A DNA stretch of 64,000 nucleotides from a virus (IMGVR_UViG_3300031996_000001:1-64000); one strand, 5' to 3'; numbered from the stretch's first letter, positions 35,025 to 44,500 are shown. Numbers and translations are program-made. The notes: generated by a model not told the origin, from the letters alone.

Positions 35025-35199
35025 CCCTCGTCGGCGGCGTCCCGGCGATCCGGTCGGTGCCGTCGGTCAGCAGGACGACGTTCGTCCAGCCCATCTGCTC
35101 CAAGGTCTGCGCCACGGCTTTCATCACGGCCGCCGCGACAGACAGAGACAGCGGCAGCTCCAGGCGCACCACGGACTCGGTGCCGTCGGGCAGCCTCAC
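35017..35199 (-). CDS. Hypothetical protein
   Basis: GTGA coupling. Confidence 0.5.
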   Translation of the reverse strand: MRLPDGTESVVRLELPLSLSVAAAVMKAVAQTLEQMGWTNVVLLTDGTDRIAGTPPTRGG

Positions 35200-35594
35200 C
35201 CCAGCACCAGCTGCAGCCGCTCGCGCAGCGTCGCCCCGTCCGGCGGGTTCCCGGCCGCACTGCGCCAGCCCAGGGCGTCGTGGAAGTCGGCCAGCACCCG
35301 GTTGTCCGGGTCGTGGGTGTAGATCCACTCGGCCAGGGCGTCGATGGCCAGCAGCACCGGGTGGACGCGGTTGACAGCCGGGTGCAGCGGCATCCAGTAG
35401 TCGGCGCGCTCCGAGGGCGGCGGGATCGGCTCGTCCAGGAAGAACACCAGCGGCCCGTTGGCGGGGTTGGCCAGCAGCTCGGCGCAGCCGTAGCAGTAGG
35501 CAGTGCGCTCGGTGCGCATCCCGTCGTGGGAGCGGTAGGTGCCGCGCACGGTGGCCTCGTTGGTGCACCGCACGCTCGGGCAGCGCTCAGCCAT
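35196..35594 (-). CDS. Hypothetical protein
   Basis: CxxxxC...CxxC. Confidence 0.6.
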   Translation of the reverse strand: MAERCPSVRCTNEATVRGTYRSHDGMRTERTAYCYGCAELLANPANGPLVFFLDEPIPPPSERADYWMPLHPAVNRVHPVLLAIDALAEWIYTHDPDNRVLADFHDALGWRSAAGNPPDGATLRERLQLVLG

Positions 35595-36189
35595 CGGCCC
35601 GCTCCTCGCGCTCGCGGGCCTCGTCCTCGGCGTCGGCCCCGGCCTGCCGGTAGCCGATGTCGCGGGCCAGCCCGATGGTGCGGGCGATCACGGCCTTGGC
35701 GTCCTCGTAGAGGTGCTGCAGCCCGGCCTCGAACGCGGCGTGGTCGATCTGGGAGTCCAGGGCCGCGTCGCCGGTTGACACCGGCTCCGGCCTCGGCTTG
35801 GCCAGCCGCTCGGCCAGGAACGGCACCTCGCTCAGCTGCGCGCGGGCCATCTTGCGGTAGTAGTCCCGGCCGGGCTCGGACTCCTGGCCCCAGTTCAGGT
35901 GCTCGGTGTCGAAGTGGTGGTGCAGCCAGCGGGCCAGCTGCTCGATGTGGTCGGTCTCCTGGCGGATCAGGGCGGCCTCCTCGGCCCCGGTCACCGGGTC
36001 GCTGGCCTGCCCGGCCCGCTCCTGGTCGACGGCGATCAGGATCCACTCGACCCGGTCGGCCTCGTCCAGCTCCAGCCACGTCTTGGGCGCGTCGGGGCGC
36101 CTGCGCTCGTACAGCTCGCGGCCCAGCTCCTGGTGCCGCTCACGCTCGGCCTGCAGCTCGTAGCGCTCGGCCTCGTCGTCCCTGCTCAT
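35587..36189 (-). CDS. Acidic helical hypothetical protein
   Basis: Coding-like codons, RBS. Confidence 0.65.
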   Translation of the reverse strand: MSRDDEAERYELQAERERHQELGRELYERRRPDAPKTWLELDEADRVEWILIAVDQERAGQASDPVTGAEEAALIRQETDHIEQLARWLHHHFDTEHLNWGQESEPGRDYYRKMARAQLSEVPFLAERLAKPRPEPVSTGDAALDSQIDHAAFEAGLQHLYEDAKAVIARTIGLARDIGYRQAGADAEDEAREREERADG

Positions 36190-36210
36190 CGGTGTCCTCT
36201 CAACGCGGGC

Positions 36211-36240
36211 GGGCCCGCCACCAGGTGCGGTGGCGGGCCC
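36211..36240. terminator. Hairpin terminator
   Basis: GGGCCCGCCACC-6-GGTGGCGGGCCC. Confidence 0.65.
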
Positions 36241-36255
36241 AGGGGGGCGGGCAGG

Positions 36256-36570
36256 TCAGGCGTCGTCGTCCTCGTCGTCCTCGATCTGGATGCCGGGCAT
36301 CCCGGGCACGCTCACGCCCTTGCGGGCGTAGGTCTCGGCCTGGGTGGGCTTGGCGCCCTCGTGCAGGACGGTGATCTGGTCCAGCGGGATCAGGTAGTCC
36401 CGGCTGCCCTTGACCACGATCGCGGGCAGCGGGCCCTCGGGGTACACGGCCAGCAGCTCGTAGGGCCCCCAGGTGCGGCTGGACTTGGTCCGCACGGTGA
36501 CCTCGGAGCCGATCAGGCTGGCCAGGAAGGCGATGGACGTGGTGGGCGTGTCGTTGCTCGTCTGCGTCAT
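36256..36570 (-). CDS. Small beta-barrel (Sm/SH3-like?) protein, leaderless (MTQT)
   Basis: FLASLIGSEVTVRTK...LIPLDQITVL; TATAGT-7-ATG. Confidence 0.6.
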   Translation of the reverse strand: MTQTSNDTPTTSIAFLASLIGSEVTVRTKSSRTWGPYELLAVYPEGPLPAIVVKGSRDYLIPLDQITVLHEGAKPTQAETYARKGVSVPGMPGIQIEDDEDDDA

Positions 36571-36577
36571 GGGTTGA

Positions 36578-36606
36578 ACTATAGCGGACTTGTCAACTAC
36601 GTCAAC
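36578..36606 (-). promoter_or_regulatory. Promoter with tandem boxes
   Basis: GTTGACG-TA-GTTGACA...TATAGT. Confidence 0.75.
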
Positions 36607-36750
36607 ACGGGGGTGCACGAAGGGCCCGGCTACCAGGGCTTGAACGCCTTGGGCCGGGCCCTCCTGGCGACGCCATGCACGCCGCCTGCCGCTGCGACGG
36701 GATGCACCCGGCGCATGGAAACCGGGGAGTGCCGCCGGGTTGCGAACCCG

Positions 36751-36823
36751 CAGGGCTGGAAGGACTCGAACCTCCGACACGCGGCTTTGGAGACCACTGC
36801 TCTGCCAGCTGAGCTACAACCCT
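36751..36823 (-). tRNA. trnW: tRNA-Trp (CCA)
   Basis: Cloverleaf: acceptor AGGGTTG/CAGCCCT, D-arm TAGCTCAGCTGGCAGAGC, anticodon loop CTCCAAA, GGTTCGAGTCC; no encoded CCA; TATAGT at 36923-36928 upstream. Confidence 0.93.
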
Positions 36824-36973
36824 GAGACCCGCCCGGTTCCCGGTGCGCTCAGCCGCTCATGCGTCCCCGCAAGGATCGCTGGCTCTGGTCGTCACTGTCG
36901 GGAGTCCGGACGGGCAGGACGGACTATAGCCCCTTCACACGTCCCCGACGTGGCACCGGGGCGTGTTGTCCGG

Positions 36974-37297
36974 TCAGGCGGCTACTCGCTCTGTAGATCG
37001 GCGGGGGACGGGCACGCCCAGCCCGGTGGCCAGCCGCTCGACCAGGGCCTCCTGCAGCTCGGTCAGTGCCGGGCGCAGCTCGGGGTGGTCCCGGCGCTCG
37101 TGCTCGGCCTGCACGGCCGCGAAGAACGCCTCCTGCCCCTCGTGGTCGGCGTAGGCCACGGTCAGCGGCGGGCTCTCGTCCCCTGTCAACCGCAGCTCCA
37201 GCTCCGGCAGGGAGAACCGGAAGCCGCAGCCGGAGGTCTCGTCGTGCGGGCAGGTGTGGTGGGTCCAGCGCGCGGTCACCAGGTCGGCCTTGGTCAC
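36974..37297 (-). CDS. Hypothetical protein
   Basis: GTGA coupling. Confidence 0.55.
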   Translation of the reverse strand: MTKADLVTARWTHHTCPHDETSGCGFRFSLPELELRLTGDESPPLTVAYADHEGQEAFFAAVQAEHERRDHPELRPALTELQEALVERLATGLGVPVPRRSTERVAA

Positions 37298-37464
37298 GGC
37301 CTCGATGCTGCTCCCACCGGTCTCAGCGGCCGGTCCCGTCTCGGTGCCCGGCACATGCCCATCAGCTGCAGGTACAGGCAGTTGCTGGCCGACCAGAACC
37401 CGTCCGGGCAGCCGCCGGGGATCCTCCCGACCTGCTCGCTGGCCCAGCGGTGCGTGCGCTTCAC
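37294..37464 (-). CDS. Small hypothetical protein (not in ORF track)
   Basis: Coupled both sides. Confidence 0.4.
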   Translation of the reverse strand: MKRTHRWASEQVGRIPGGCPDGFWSASNCLYLQLMGMCRAPRRDRPLRPVGAASRP

Positions 37465-37757
37465 TCGGCCACTCCCCCGATCCGCGCCGCCTCCAGCACC
37501 CGCAGCTTCGCCCAGGCCTTACGGTGCCACCAGCGCAGCCGGACCCAGTAGATCCCGCCCGACCAGCCGTCATCAGCGTGCCGGGACACGAACAGCCGCC
37601 CGCAGCCGAAGCACCGCGCCACGGCGTTCTCCAGCTTGGTCTTCACCTCGGCCGGTTCCCCACCGTCAGGCGCGGGCACGTAGCGGGTGAGGCTCGGGAC
37701 CGGCGGCAGGTCGTGGATGTGCGTGGCGGCGTCGCCGGTGGCCAGCAGCTCGCCCAT
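37461..37757 (-). CDS. Hypothetical protein
   Basis: ARCFGCGR motif. Confidence 0.6.
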   Translation of the reverse strand: MGELLATGDAATHIHDLPPVPSLTRYVPAPDGGEPAEVKTKLENAVARCFGCGRLFVSRHADDGWSGGIYWVRLRWWHRKAWAKLRVLEAARIGGVAE

Positions 37758-37764
37758 CAGCCCC

Positions 37765-38022
37765 TCATCGCAGGATGCAGCCCTTGTGCGGGATGGCGTG
37801 ACGCGGCGGTTGACAGCGTTCCCGCAGCTCAGCGGCCCGCCGGTGCTCGGCCGGGGTCAGCTTGCCGCCCCAGGCGAGGTCCCGGGCGGCGTTGCGGTGC
37901 CAGCCCCGGTGGTGCTCGGCGAACCGGCACTCGACCAGCAGGCCGCTCTCCAGCCCGGCCGCCCAGGCCTGTGGGCAGGGCGCCAGGACGGGCTCAGGGG
38001 TGGGTGCGGGCTCAGTCCTCAC
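37765..38022 (-). CDS. Cys/His-rich hypothetical protein
   Basis: C...C.F..HH.G.H. Confidence 0.55.
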   Translation of the reverse strand: MRTEPAPTPEPVLAPCPQAWAAGLESGLLVECRFAEHHRGWHRNAARDLAWGGKLTPAEHRRAAELRERCQPPRHAIPHKGCILR

Positions 38023-38368
38023 CGGGCTCCCTCCAGGCGCTCAGCGGCAGGCTCGCGGCCTTGCACAGGGCGTCGCGCTGGTTCCACGCCCGGACCTCGA
38101 TCCGGAACGGGGTGACCAGGTCCTCGGGCATCCACTCGGCGTCGGTGTGCCCCTCGACGCCCACCACGCCGTAGCTGCCCCGGCTCGTCGCGGTCAGCCG
38201 GAAGGTGTGCCCGGCCTCGGGGTCGTCCCGCTCGGCCCGCCACTGCTCCTCGGTGAACGGCGCGCGCTCGGTCTCGGCCAGCAGCGCCATCACCGCCTCG
38301 GCCGCTCGGGGTGCGGTGCGGCCCATCACGGCCAGCTCGATCCGGTGCTGCAGCTCGGTGTCAACCAC
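38012..38368 (-). CDS. Hypothetical protein
   Basis: Coding-like codons. Confidence 0.6.
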   Translation of the reverse strand: MVDTELQHRIELAVMGRTAPRAAEAVMALLAETERAPFTEEQWRAERDDPEAGHTFRLTATSRGSYGVVGVEGHTDAEWMPEDLVTPFRIEVRAWNQRDALCKAASLPLSAWREPGED

Positions 38369-38543
38369 GCTCGGCCTCCTCCTCGTGTAGTCGTCGGTGG
38401 GTCTCCTTGGCGATCTCCGGGCCCAGCCGCCGGTCGACCGGGTGCTCGTGATCCACGCCCAGGTGCTGCAGCAGGCCCTCGACGCCCAGCTGCTTGTGCA
38501 CGATCGGCAGCGGCCTCGGGTGCTGCCCGGCCTGCAGGGTCAT
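38361..38543 (-). CDS. Hypothetical protein
   Basis: ATGA coupling. Confidence 0.5.
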   Translation of the reverse strand: MTLQAGQHPRPLPIVHKQLGVEGLLQHLGVDHEHPVDRRLGPEIAKETHRRLHEEEAERG

Positions 38544-38794
38544 GCGCGCTCCTCGACGTCGGGGCCGAACAGCGTGATCGGGAACGCCGTGCCGTCCACC
38601 ACGGCCGGGTTCATCGTGGAGAACCGCACCGTCCAGCCGCTGGCCGGATCGGCGCGCTCGACCACGGAGCACAGCCCGTCGGGGTTGTCCGCGCTCGGCA
38701 GCTCGCCGCACTGGTGCCGGACGTCGGCATCGGGGTGGTGGCGCGGCAGCGCGCAGCCGTGGCTGCCCCAGAACGTCTGGCACAGCGTGCTCAC
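38540..38794 (-). CDS. Cys/His-rich hypothetical protein
   Basis: C..FWGSHGC.L...H....H.C. Confidence 0.65.
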   Translation of the reverse strand: MSTLCQTFWGSHGCALPRHHPDADVRHQCGELPSADNPDGLCSVVERADPASGWTVRFSTMNPAVVDGTAFPITLFGPDVEERA

Positions 38795-39390
38795 GGCTCG
38801 ACCCCCTCGACGCCGCAGTCACAGGGCCCGGCCTTGCCCTCGTCGTCGGGCAGGCTCGCGCAGCTCGGGTGGTGCACCAGGTGCACGCTCTCGACCAGCG
38901 GGTGCTCGGCCAGGTGCTCGGCCAGCCGGTGCAGCTCGGCCTGCTCCTGCTCGACCTCCTCGACCCGCAGCTCCTGGGTGGCGTAGCGCTGGAAGCGGTG
39001 GCTGCTCGTGCACTCGGTCATGCACTCCATGCCGAAGCACACGGCCGCCTCGCAGCCCGCCGGGCGGTCGCCCTCGGTGTCAACCGTGGCCACCTGGGTC
39101 AGGCTGGCGTGGATGGCCCGGACGACCTCGTCGTCCAGCCGCTTGGCGCCCAGCGGCAGCGGCATCGTGGCGTCGGCCAGCTCGGTGATCAGCCAGTTCG
39201 GCCCCGGCAGCGGCCAGCCCAGCTGGCACCAGGGCCCGTAGGTGTGCCCCTCGCGGCAGTCGGACAGGCAGGCCGCGCCCCGCTGGAAGCCCCTCAGCTG
39301 CCGCCAGGACAGCCCGGCCAGGTCCAGGGCCCCGATCGCGGGCTTCAGCGCCTCCAGCACGCGCACAGCGGCACGGAACAGCCCTCTCAC
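38791..39390 (-). CDS. Cys-rich hypothetical protein
   Basis: Coupled; C-terminal H...C......CDCG. Confidence 0.55.
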   Translation of the reverse strand: MRGLFRAAVRVLEALKPAIGALDLAGLSWRQLRGFQRGAACLSDCREGHTYGPWCQLGWPLPGPNWLITELADATMPLPLGAKRLDDEVVRAIHASLTQVATVDTEGDRPAGCEAAVCFGMECMTECTSSHRFQRYATQELRVEEVEQEQAELHRLAEHLAEHPLVESVHLVHHPSCASLPDDEGKAGPCDCGVEGVEP

Positions 39391-39986
39391 GTCGGGCTCC
39401 CCGGCTCGGTCGACGGGATCAGCTTGCCCAGCGTCTCGATCACCGACCGGTGCGCCTCGACCAGGTGCGCCCGCACCGCCTTGTCCACCGCGCCGTCGTG
39501 CAGCCGCCGCAGCACCCTCGGCGAGGGGTACAGCTCGAAGTTCTCGATGAAGTCCCCGGCGAAGCTGTCCAGGCTGGTCTCCAGCGTCCACGGGCAGTTG
39601 CGGAACGGGCAGCGGTACTGCGTGGCGTTCGGCTCCCCGACGGGCGGCACGGCCTCCTCGGCGCCGATGTCGACCAGGTGCAGCGCGGTGACCACGCCCC
39701 ACAACGCGCCGGTGCTCGCCGACTCGATCATGCTCGGCTCGGCGATCCGCATCAGCTGCTCGACCCGCTTGACCCGGGCGTGGAAGTAGGCGTCCCGGGC
39801 GTAGCGGTTGACACCGGCGATGTAGTGCCCCAGCTCCTCGGACAGCCGCCGGTCACTCGCCCCGGTCTCGGTCCCGTGCTCGGGGAACGGGCAGGGCACC
39901 GTGCGGTCGGCCTTCGGCCCCGGGCAGCGGCACTGGGACACGACCCGACCGTGCGGGCAGACGTCGCGGTTGTGCAGGTGGCTCAC
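39387..39986 (-). CDS. Hypothetical protein
   Basis: CPHG....QCRC start; coupled. Confidence 0.6.
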   Translation of the reverse strand: MSHLHNRDVCPHGRVVSQCRCPGPKADRTVPCPFPEHGTETGASDRRLSEELGHYIAGVNRYARDAYFHARVKRVEQLMRIAEPSMIESASTGALWGVVTALHLVDIGAEEAVPPVGEPNATQYRCPFRNCPWTLETSLDSFAGDFIENFELYPSPRVLRRLHDGAVDKAVRAHLVEAHRSVIETLGKLIPSTEPGSPT

Positions 39987-40315
39987 AGCTCGACGCCTCC
40001 CGCCTGGCCCAGTGCCTGCAGCTCGGCCAGGTCCTGGTCCGGGGAGTACCGGCCGACCAGCTCGCCGACCCACGGCGGCACAGCGGCCCCGGTGGCCCGC
40101 CAGGACGCCAGCAGCGGCCCCGGTGTCCCCGCACCCCAGGCCGTGGCCCGCACGATCGTCCACACCCCGCTCAGCGGGCTGCCGGGCTCGTCCACACGCT
40201 GGTAGTCGGCCACCAGCTCGGTGACCCGCGCGCCGTCGATCTCGTGCTCCTCGGCCACCGTGAGGTAGACCCGCAGCTTGGCCTTGCGCAGTTCTGCCAT
40301 CAGCATCTCCATCAT
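39983..40315 (-). CDS. Hypothetical protein
   Basis: ATGA coupling. Confidence 0.55.
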   Translation of the reverse strand: MMEMLMAELRKAKLRVYLTVAEEHEIDGARVTELVADYQRVDEPGSPLSGVWTIVRATAWGAGTPGPLLASWRATGAAVPPWVGELVGRYSPDQDLAELQALGQAGGVEL

Positions 40316-40590
40316 CTGGCCCGCTGCTCGCGGGCGATCACAGCCAGCAGGCTGCCAGCCGGTCTGCGTCGGACGGCCGACGTCAGCATCTCGTATGGGA
40401 CCTCGCCGTCGATCCACCGCATCTCGCACCGCTCACAGCGCTCCAGGTGCGCCGCGATCGTGGCCAGGAAGCACAGGTCCACCTGGCCCAGGAAGGCCGC
40501 CTCGACCCCGTCAGCGGCCCGCAGCAGGCCCTCGGAGCGGTTGACCATGCCGGTGAGCGCCTGGTTCCACACCTCGAAGGCGTGGCGCAT
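40312..40590 (-). CDS. Hypothetical protein
   Basis: HLERCERC; start uncertain. Confidence 0.5.
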   Translation of the reverse strand: MRHAFEVWNQALTGMVNRSEGLLRAADGVEAAFLGQVDLCFLATIAAHLERCERCEMRWIDGEVPYEMLTSAVRRRPAGSLLAVIAREQRAR

Positions 40591-40683
40591 GGCAGGCCCC
40601 CGCGCCCTCGACAGCGAGTCGGGGAAGGCCCCGATCCGCGCCGCTGCTCGCTGCCCCGGACGCTGCCTCGGCTGCCTCCTCGA

Positions 40684-40971
40684 CCGTGTCGCACCGTGTC
40701 GCAAGGATCAGCCCCCCGTGTCGCAGACAAAACCGCAGGTCAGCACCGTGTCGCACCATGTCGCAGTGTCGCAGGTAGATACCGAATAGAGTATTACAAC
40801 TCTCTCAACAAAAATGCGCGCGCGCGGGCTACTCTGAGTAACCATCCGACCCCTCTCCCCCGACCTGCCCAGAAACCCTTGCGACACTGCGACATGGGCG
40901 CTGACCTGCGCTTTTACCTTGCGACACGGTGTGCGACACGGCTCCCACGCTGCGACACGGGACTGACCTGC
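40684..40971. repeat. Putative replication origin: inverted iteron arrays around an AT-rich core
   Basis: Six (CC)GTGTCGCA-type repeats at 40684-40773 and five inverted TGCGACA(C/T)-type repeats at 40880-40960; GCAGGTCAG/CTGACCTGC also mirrored; AT-rich 40776-40815; directly downstream of helicase-like gene. Confidence 0.75.
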
Positions 40972-41006
40972 AGTTTCGCGCCGTTGACCGCGTCCAGGCA
41001 CAACGA

Positions 41007-41038
41007 AGCCCCCCGCCTCGACCTGACAGCGGGGGGCT
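41007..41038 (-). terminator. Hairpin after replication gene
   Basis: AGCCCCCCGC-12-GCGGGGGGCT. Confidence 0.6.
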
Positions 41039-41054
41039 CGATGACTACGCACGG

Positions 41055-42815
41055 TTACGGAACGGAGACCCCGACCTTGGCCCGACCGGCCGCCGTGAGG
41101 CGGTAGCGCGCCGTCGACACCGTCCCGCTCGCGTTGGTCGTGCTCGACCCCGGGACCACCTCGACCAGGCCCTCGGACTCGATCCGCTTCAGCTCGGTGC
41201 GGAAGTACGGGTTGTTCCCCGACCGGGTCGGCATCCAGTTGCTGGCGACCTTGAACACCGCGCTCGGCAGGAAGCCCTCGGCCGCCGCCAGCCCCGCGCC
41301 GTTCTCCAGGTTGACCATCGCGCGCAGCAGCTTCGGCCCGCCGGACAGCTCGACGCCCTTGGGGTTCTTCAGCGTCTGCGTCTCCACGAAGACCCGGCCG
41401 CTCTCCTCCAGCCGGTCGGCCATGACCTTCCACCACTGCGCCCACAGCCACGGCATGACCCGGGTGGCGACGTCCTCCATGTAGCCGACGTCGATGCTCG
41501 TGGCGTCCGGGTCGTCGGCCAGGCTCATCAGCGCGCTGATCCGCATCGCGTGGTCGACGTAGCGCAGCGCCAGGGGGTCCAGCAGCTGAGCGATCCCCGG
41601 GTTGTGCGCCTCGGCGGCGGCGACCGCGCCGCGCAGCTGCGCCCGCAGCCGCTGCATCTTCAGCATCACCAGCAGCGCGGCCTTGCGCGCCGCCGGGTCG
41701 GACTTGTCGTAGATCGACAGCCGCTGCCGCTTGATCTCGGTCGGCCGCTGCAGCCACTCGTACTTGGCCACGGCGTTCTTCCACGCGCTCTCGATGCCCT
41801 TGGACACCCGGTAGGCGTTGGTGCGCTCGACCAGCCGGTCCATCGCCGCCTGCATCTGCTCGCGCATCGCGCCCAGCGGCGTGGCCATCGTCGTGTCAAC
41901 CGGGGCCAGCTCGCCGTCCAGCACCGACATCCAGGCCTCGAACTTGTCGACCACGGGCGTGCGCTCGGCCTTGCACAGCAGCGTGCGGCTGAAGACACCC
42001 CGGTCCACGAAGCGGTCCCGGACCTCGCCGCCGCCGGTGAACTCGGTGAACGACTCGGGCTGCGTGAGGATCACGAAGGGCAGCGAGGGCTCGCGCGCCG
42101 ACTGGGGGTCCGAGACACGGTCGGAGTCCAGGTCCTCCTGCCCCCAGCCGCGCAGCATCAGGCCCAGCGAGCCGGACTTGCCCTTGCCCTGGTACTGGCT
42201 GATCTCGCCCAGCACGTCGGGCTCGGCGGTGAGGATCATCCGGTGCCCGCCGTTGGTGGCCAGCGCCTTCTTGATCCCCTCCTGCGTGCCGGAGTCGGTG
42301 ACCGAACTCGGGCACAGCCCGCCGGAGTAGACCGCGCCCACCACCTCCTTGTCGAAGTCGCCGCCCACCTGCGCCTCGTGCGCCTTGACCGCCTGCGCCC
42401 GCGCGTCGGCCACCAGCTGGCGCCGGTGATCCAGGCCCTTGCGGTCCAGCGCGAAGCGCAGCGAGCCGTTGACCTCCTTCAGCACGGTGGACTTGCTCTG
42501 CCCGGCCTCGGCGATCCCGATGAACTGGACCACCAGCGGCGTCCAGGTGTAGAGGTCGTGCCCGCCCTGGGTGAGGTCGTGCAGCATCGGCGCCTCGAAG
42601 CCGCCCTGCGTGGCGCCGGACAGCGCGCCCAGCAGGGTGGGCAGCGCCATGCCCAGCTCGACGCCGTATTCGGCCTCGATCTGCCGGGCGTAGGCCTCGA
42701 CCAGGCCGCCACTGGCGAAGCCGTGCGCCAGACCCTCGACCGGGTCCTGGCCGCCGTTGATCATCGTCGTGATCCGGGACAGCGCGCCGTCCCAGTCGCC
42801 GGTCTCCCCCAGCAT
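41055..42815 (-). CDS. DUF3987/YfjI-like replication helicase-ATPase with C-terminal winged helix
   Basis: IAEAGQSKSTV P-loop variant, TQEGI..AL, EPDVL, TQPE, RGVFSR. Confidence 0.7.
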   Translation of the reverse strand: MLGETGDWDGALSRITTMINGGQDPVEGLAHGFASGGLVEAYARQIEAEYGVELGMALPTLLGALSGATQGGFEAPMLHDLTQGGHDLYTWTPLVVQFIGIAEAGQSKSTVLKEVNGSLRFALDRKGLDHRRQLVADARAQAVKAHEAQVGGDFDKEVVGAVYSGGLCPSSVTDSGTQEGIKKALATNGGHRMILTAEPDVLGEISQYQGKGKSGSLGLMLRGWGQEDLDSDRVSDPQSAREPSLPFVILTQPESFTEFTGGGEVRDRFVDRGVFSRTLLCKAERTPVVDKFEAWMSVLDGELAPVDTTMATPLGAMREQMQAAMDRLVERTNAYRVSKGIESAWKNAVAKYEWLQRPTEIKRQRLSIYDKSDPAARKAALLVMLKMQRLRAQLRGAVAAAEAHNPGIAQLLDPLALRYVDHAMRISALMSLADDPDATSIDVGYMEDVATRVMPWLWAQWWKVMADRLEESGRVFVETQTLKNPKGVELSGGPKLLRAMVNLENGAGLAAAEGFLPSAVFKVASNWMPTRSGNNPYFRTELKRIESEGLVEVVPGSSTTNASGTVSTARYRLTAAGRAKVGVSVP

Positions 42816-43936
42816 CAGGACGCCACCTGCTGCTTCTTCAGCCGGTCGATGCCGCTGCTCAGGCCGCTGTCCACCGTCGCGCCGACGCCGTGGGTGCCCA
42901 CGGCCATCCCGGCCTTCACCAGGCGATCACGGACCTCCTGGTAGCCGTGTCCGGCCATCACGGCCTTGCTCCCCGCGTGATACGAGACGGCATTGAGGAG
43001 GTTGTTCCGGCCGGTCTTGGCGCCCATGTCCTCCAGCCGCCCGATCCAGCGCTCCAGCTCGGCCCAGGTGAACTCCAGCTCGGCGTCGGAGCCGTCGAAG
43101 TTCAGCGGGCCCATCTCGATCTCGACCCCGCCGGTCCGGCTGTCGATCCAGTCCCTGATCCAGGGCTCGGCCGTGTCAACCGCCCACGGCGCCTTCCCGT
43201 CGGCCGGGCCCATCCGCCACGCGGGCATCCCGAACAGCTGGCCCCGGATGACCTCGGTGAAGTCGGCGAAGCTGATCCAGCGCCGCGCCGGGTGCTGGCC
43301 CGGCCAGACGACGTACCGGTTGGACCCGGTGCGGACGTCCAGTAGGAAGCCCTTGCGCCCGGCCACGGCCTCGTCGGTGCCGCTCCAGCCACCAGCAGGG
43401 GCCAGCCAGGCCGCCATCGCGTCGTTGAGCGCCTTCTGGTTCCACCCGGGTGCATCCAGCCAGACGTGGTAGCCCCGGGGGCTCGTGGAGACGCCCAGCA
43501 CCTTGGACTTCGGGACGGTGAAGGACAGCCGGGCGAAGTCCCGCAGCGCGCGCGGGGAGTCCAGGTCGACCACCAGGACGTCGTCCAGGACGACGGCCAG
43601 CTGCCGCGAGCCGGTCAGCCCGTACTGCGCCAGGACCTCGTCGTAGTGCAGCGCGTCGGCCGCGCCGTGCTCGAAGCCCTGGACCGCGCCGTCGACCTTG
43701 GTGACCCACGGGTGCTTGCCCGGCCGCTGGCAGTTGCCCGCCCAGCCGGTGGCCGCGCTGCCGTCCTGACGTCGCACCGTGCCCCTCGGGCAGCAGCACT
43801 CGCCCAGGAAGTCCCGGTTCCACACCAGCAGCCACCTCGGGCCACTCAGCGGGCCCACGCCGGGCTCCGGTCCCACCTCGACCGGATGAGGTTCGGCCCG
43901 CTCGGTGACGGCGGGCCATGCGGCTGCTGCTGGCAC
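42815..43936 (-). CDS. Bifunctional DNA primase-polymerase
   Basis: CCC..CQRPGKHP, VVDLD, TSPRGYHVW, DVRT...YVVWPG; start uncertain. Confidence 0.8.
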   Translation of the reverse strand: MPAAAAWPAVTERAEPHPVEVGPEPGVGPLSGPRWLLVWNRDFLGECCCPRGTVRRQDGSAATGWAGNCQRPGKHPWVTKVDGAVQGFEHGAADALHYDEVLAQYGLTGSRQLAVVLDDVLVVDLDSPRALRDFARLSFTVPKSKVLGVSTSPRGYHVWLDAPGWNQKALNDAMAAWLAPAGGWSGTDEAVAGRKGFLLDVRTGSNRYVVWPGQHPARRWISFADFTEVIRGQLFGMPAWRMGPADGKAPWAVDTAEPWIRDWIDSRTGGVEIEMGPLNFDGSDAELEFTWAELERWIGRLEDMGAKTGRNNLLNAVSYHAGSKAVMAGHGYQEVRDRLVKAGMAVGTHGVGATVDSGLSSGIDRLKKQQVAS

Positions 43937-44179
43937 TACTCCCCCTACTTCGGCTCTCGACTGACCCCGCGAGCGCGTCCAGGTGATGGGCACTCCGAGC
44001 GGGGATCCCGACCGTAATCGGCGGGTGACGCGGAGTGTCGGACCTTGGGCGCGTGTCGGCCCTGGCAGGTTCTGCCAGCGCGGGGTCGTCGTGGTTGTGC
44101 GACTGGAACATCTAGGGGTCGTCGTCTGCACCGACCCCAACATCTAGTGCCGGGCTACCGCCCGTCGATCTCCGCCTTG

Positions 44180-44500
44180 TCAGGCAGCGTGGCGCGTGGG
44201 CTCGCTCGGCTGCCTGTAGATCGGCGTGCCCTGCGACTCGGCGATCTCGCGGCACCGCGAGCACGGCGCCCGCCGCTCCAGCTCGGCCAGCAGGCCCTCG
44301 CCGAACCTCGACCCCTCGGGGTCCCAGGTGTCAACCACGGCCAGCGTGATGCCGCCGGAGCACCGGGCCCGGATGTCGTCGTAGGCGCCGACCGCGCCGG
44401 GTGCCTGCAGCCGCGAGCGGTGCTTGTCGACCAGGTGCTTCTTGCCGCCGTAGCCGCTGCCCCAGACCGACCGGTCCAGCTGCGCCTGCGTCATGCCCAT
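44180..44500 (-). CDS. Hypothetical protein
   Basis: K.HLV...ARC...CSRC. Confidence 0.6.
   Translation of the reverse strand: MGMTQAQLDRSVWGSGYGGKKHLVDKHRSRLQAPGAVGAYDDIRARCSGGITLAVVDTWDPEGSRFGEGLLAELERRAPCSRCREIAESQGTPIYRQPSEPTRHAA

Noticed and set aside
40684-40971. CRISPR mini-array
   Set aside because: Repeats are 8-10 bp, irregularly spaced and inverted; no unique spacers or cas genes; the PD-(D/E)XK gene is a standard phage exonuclease
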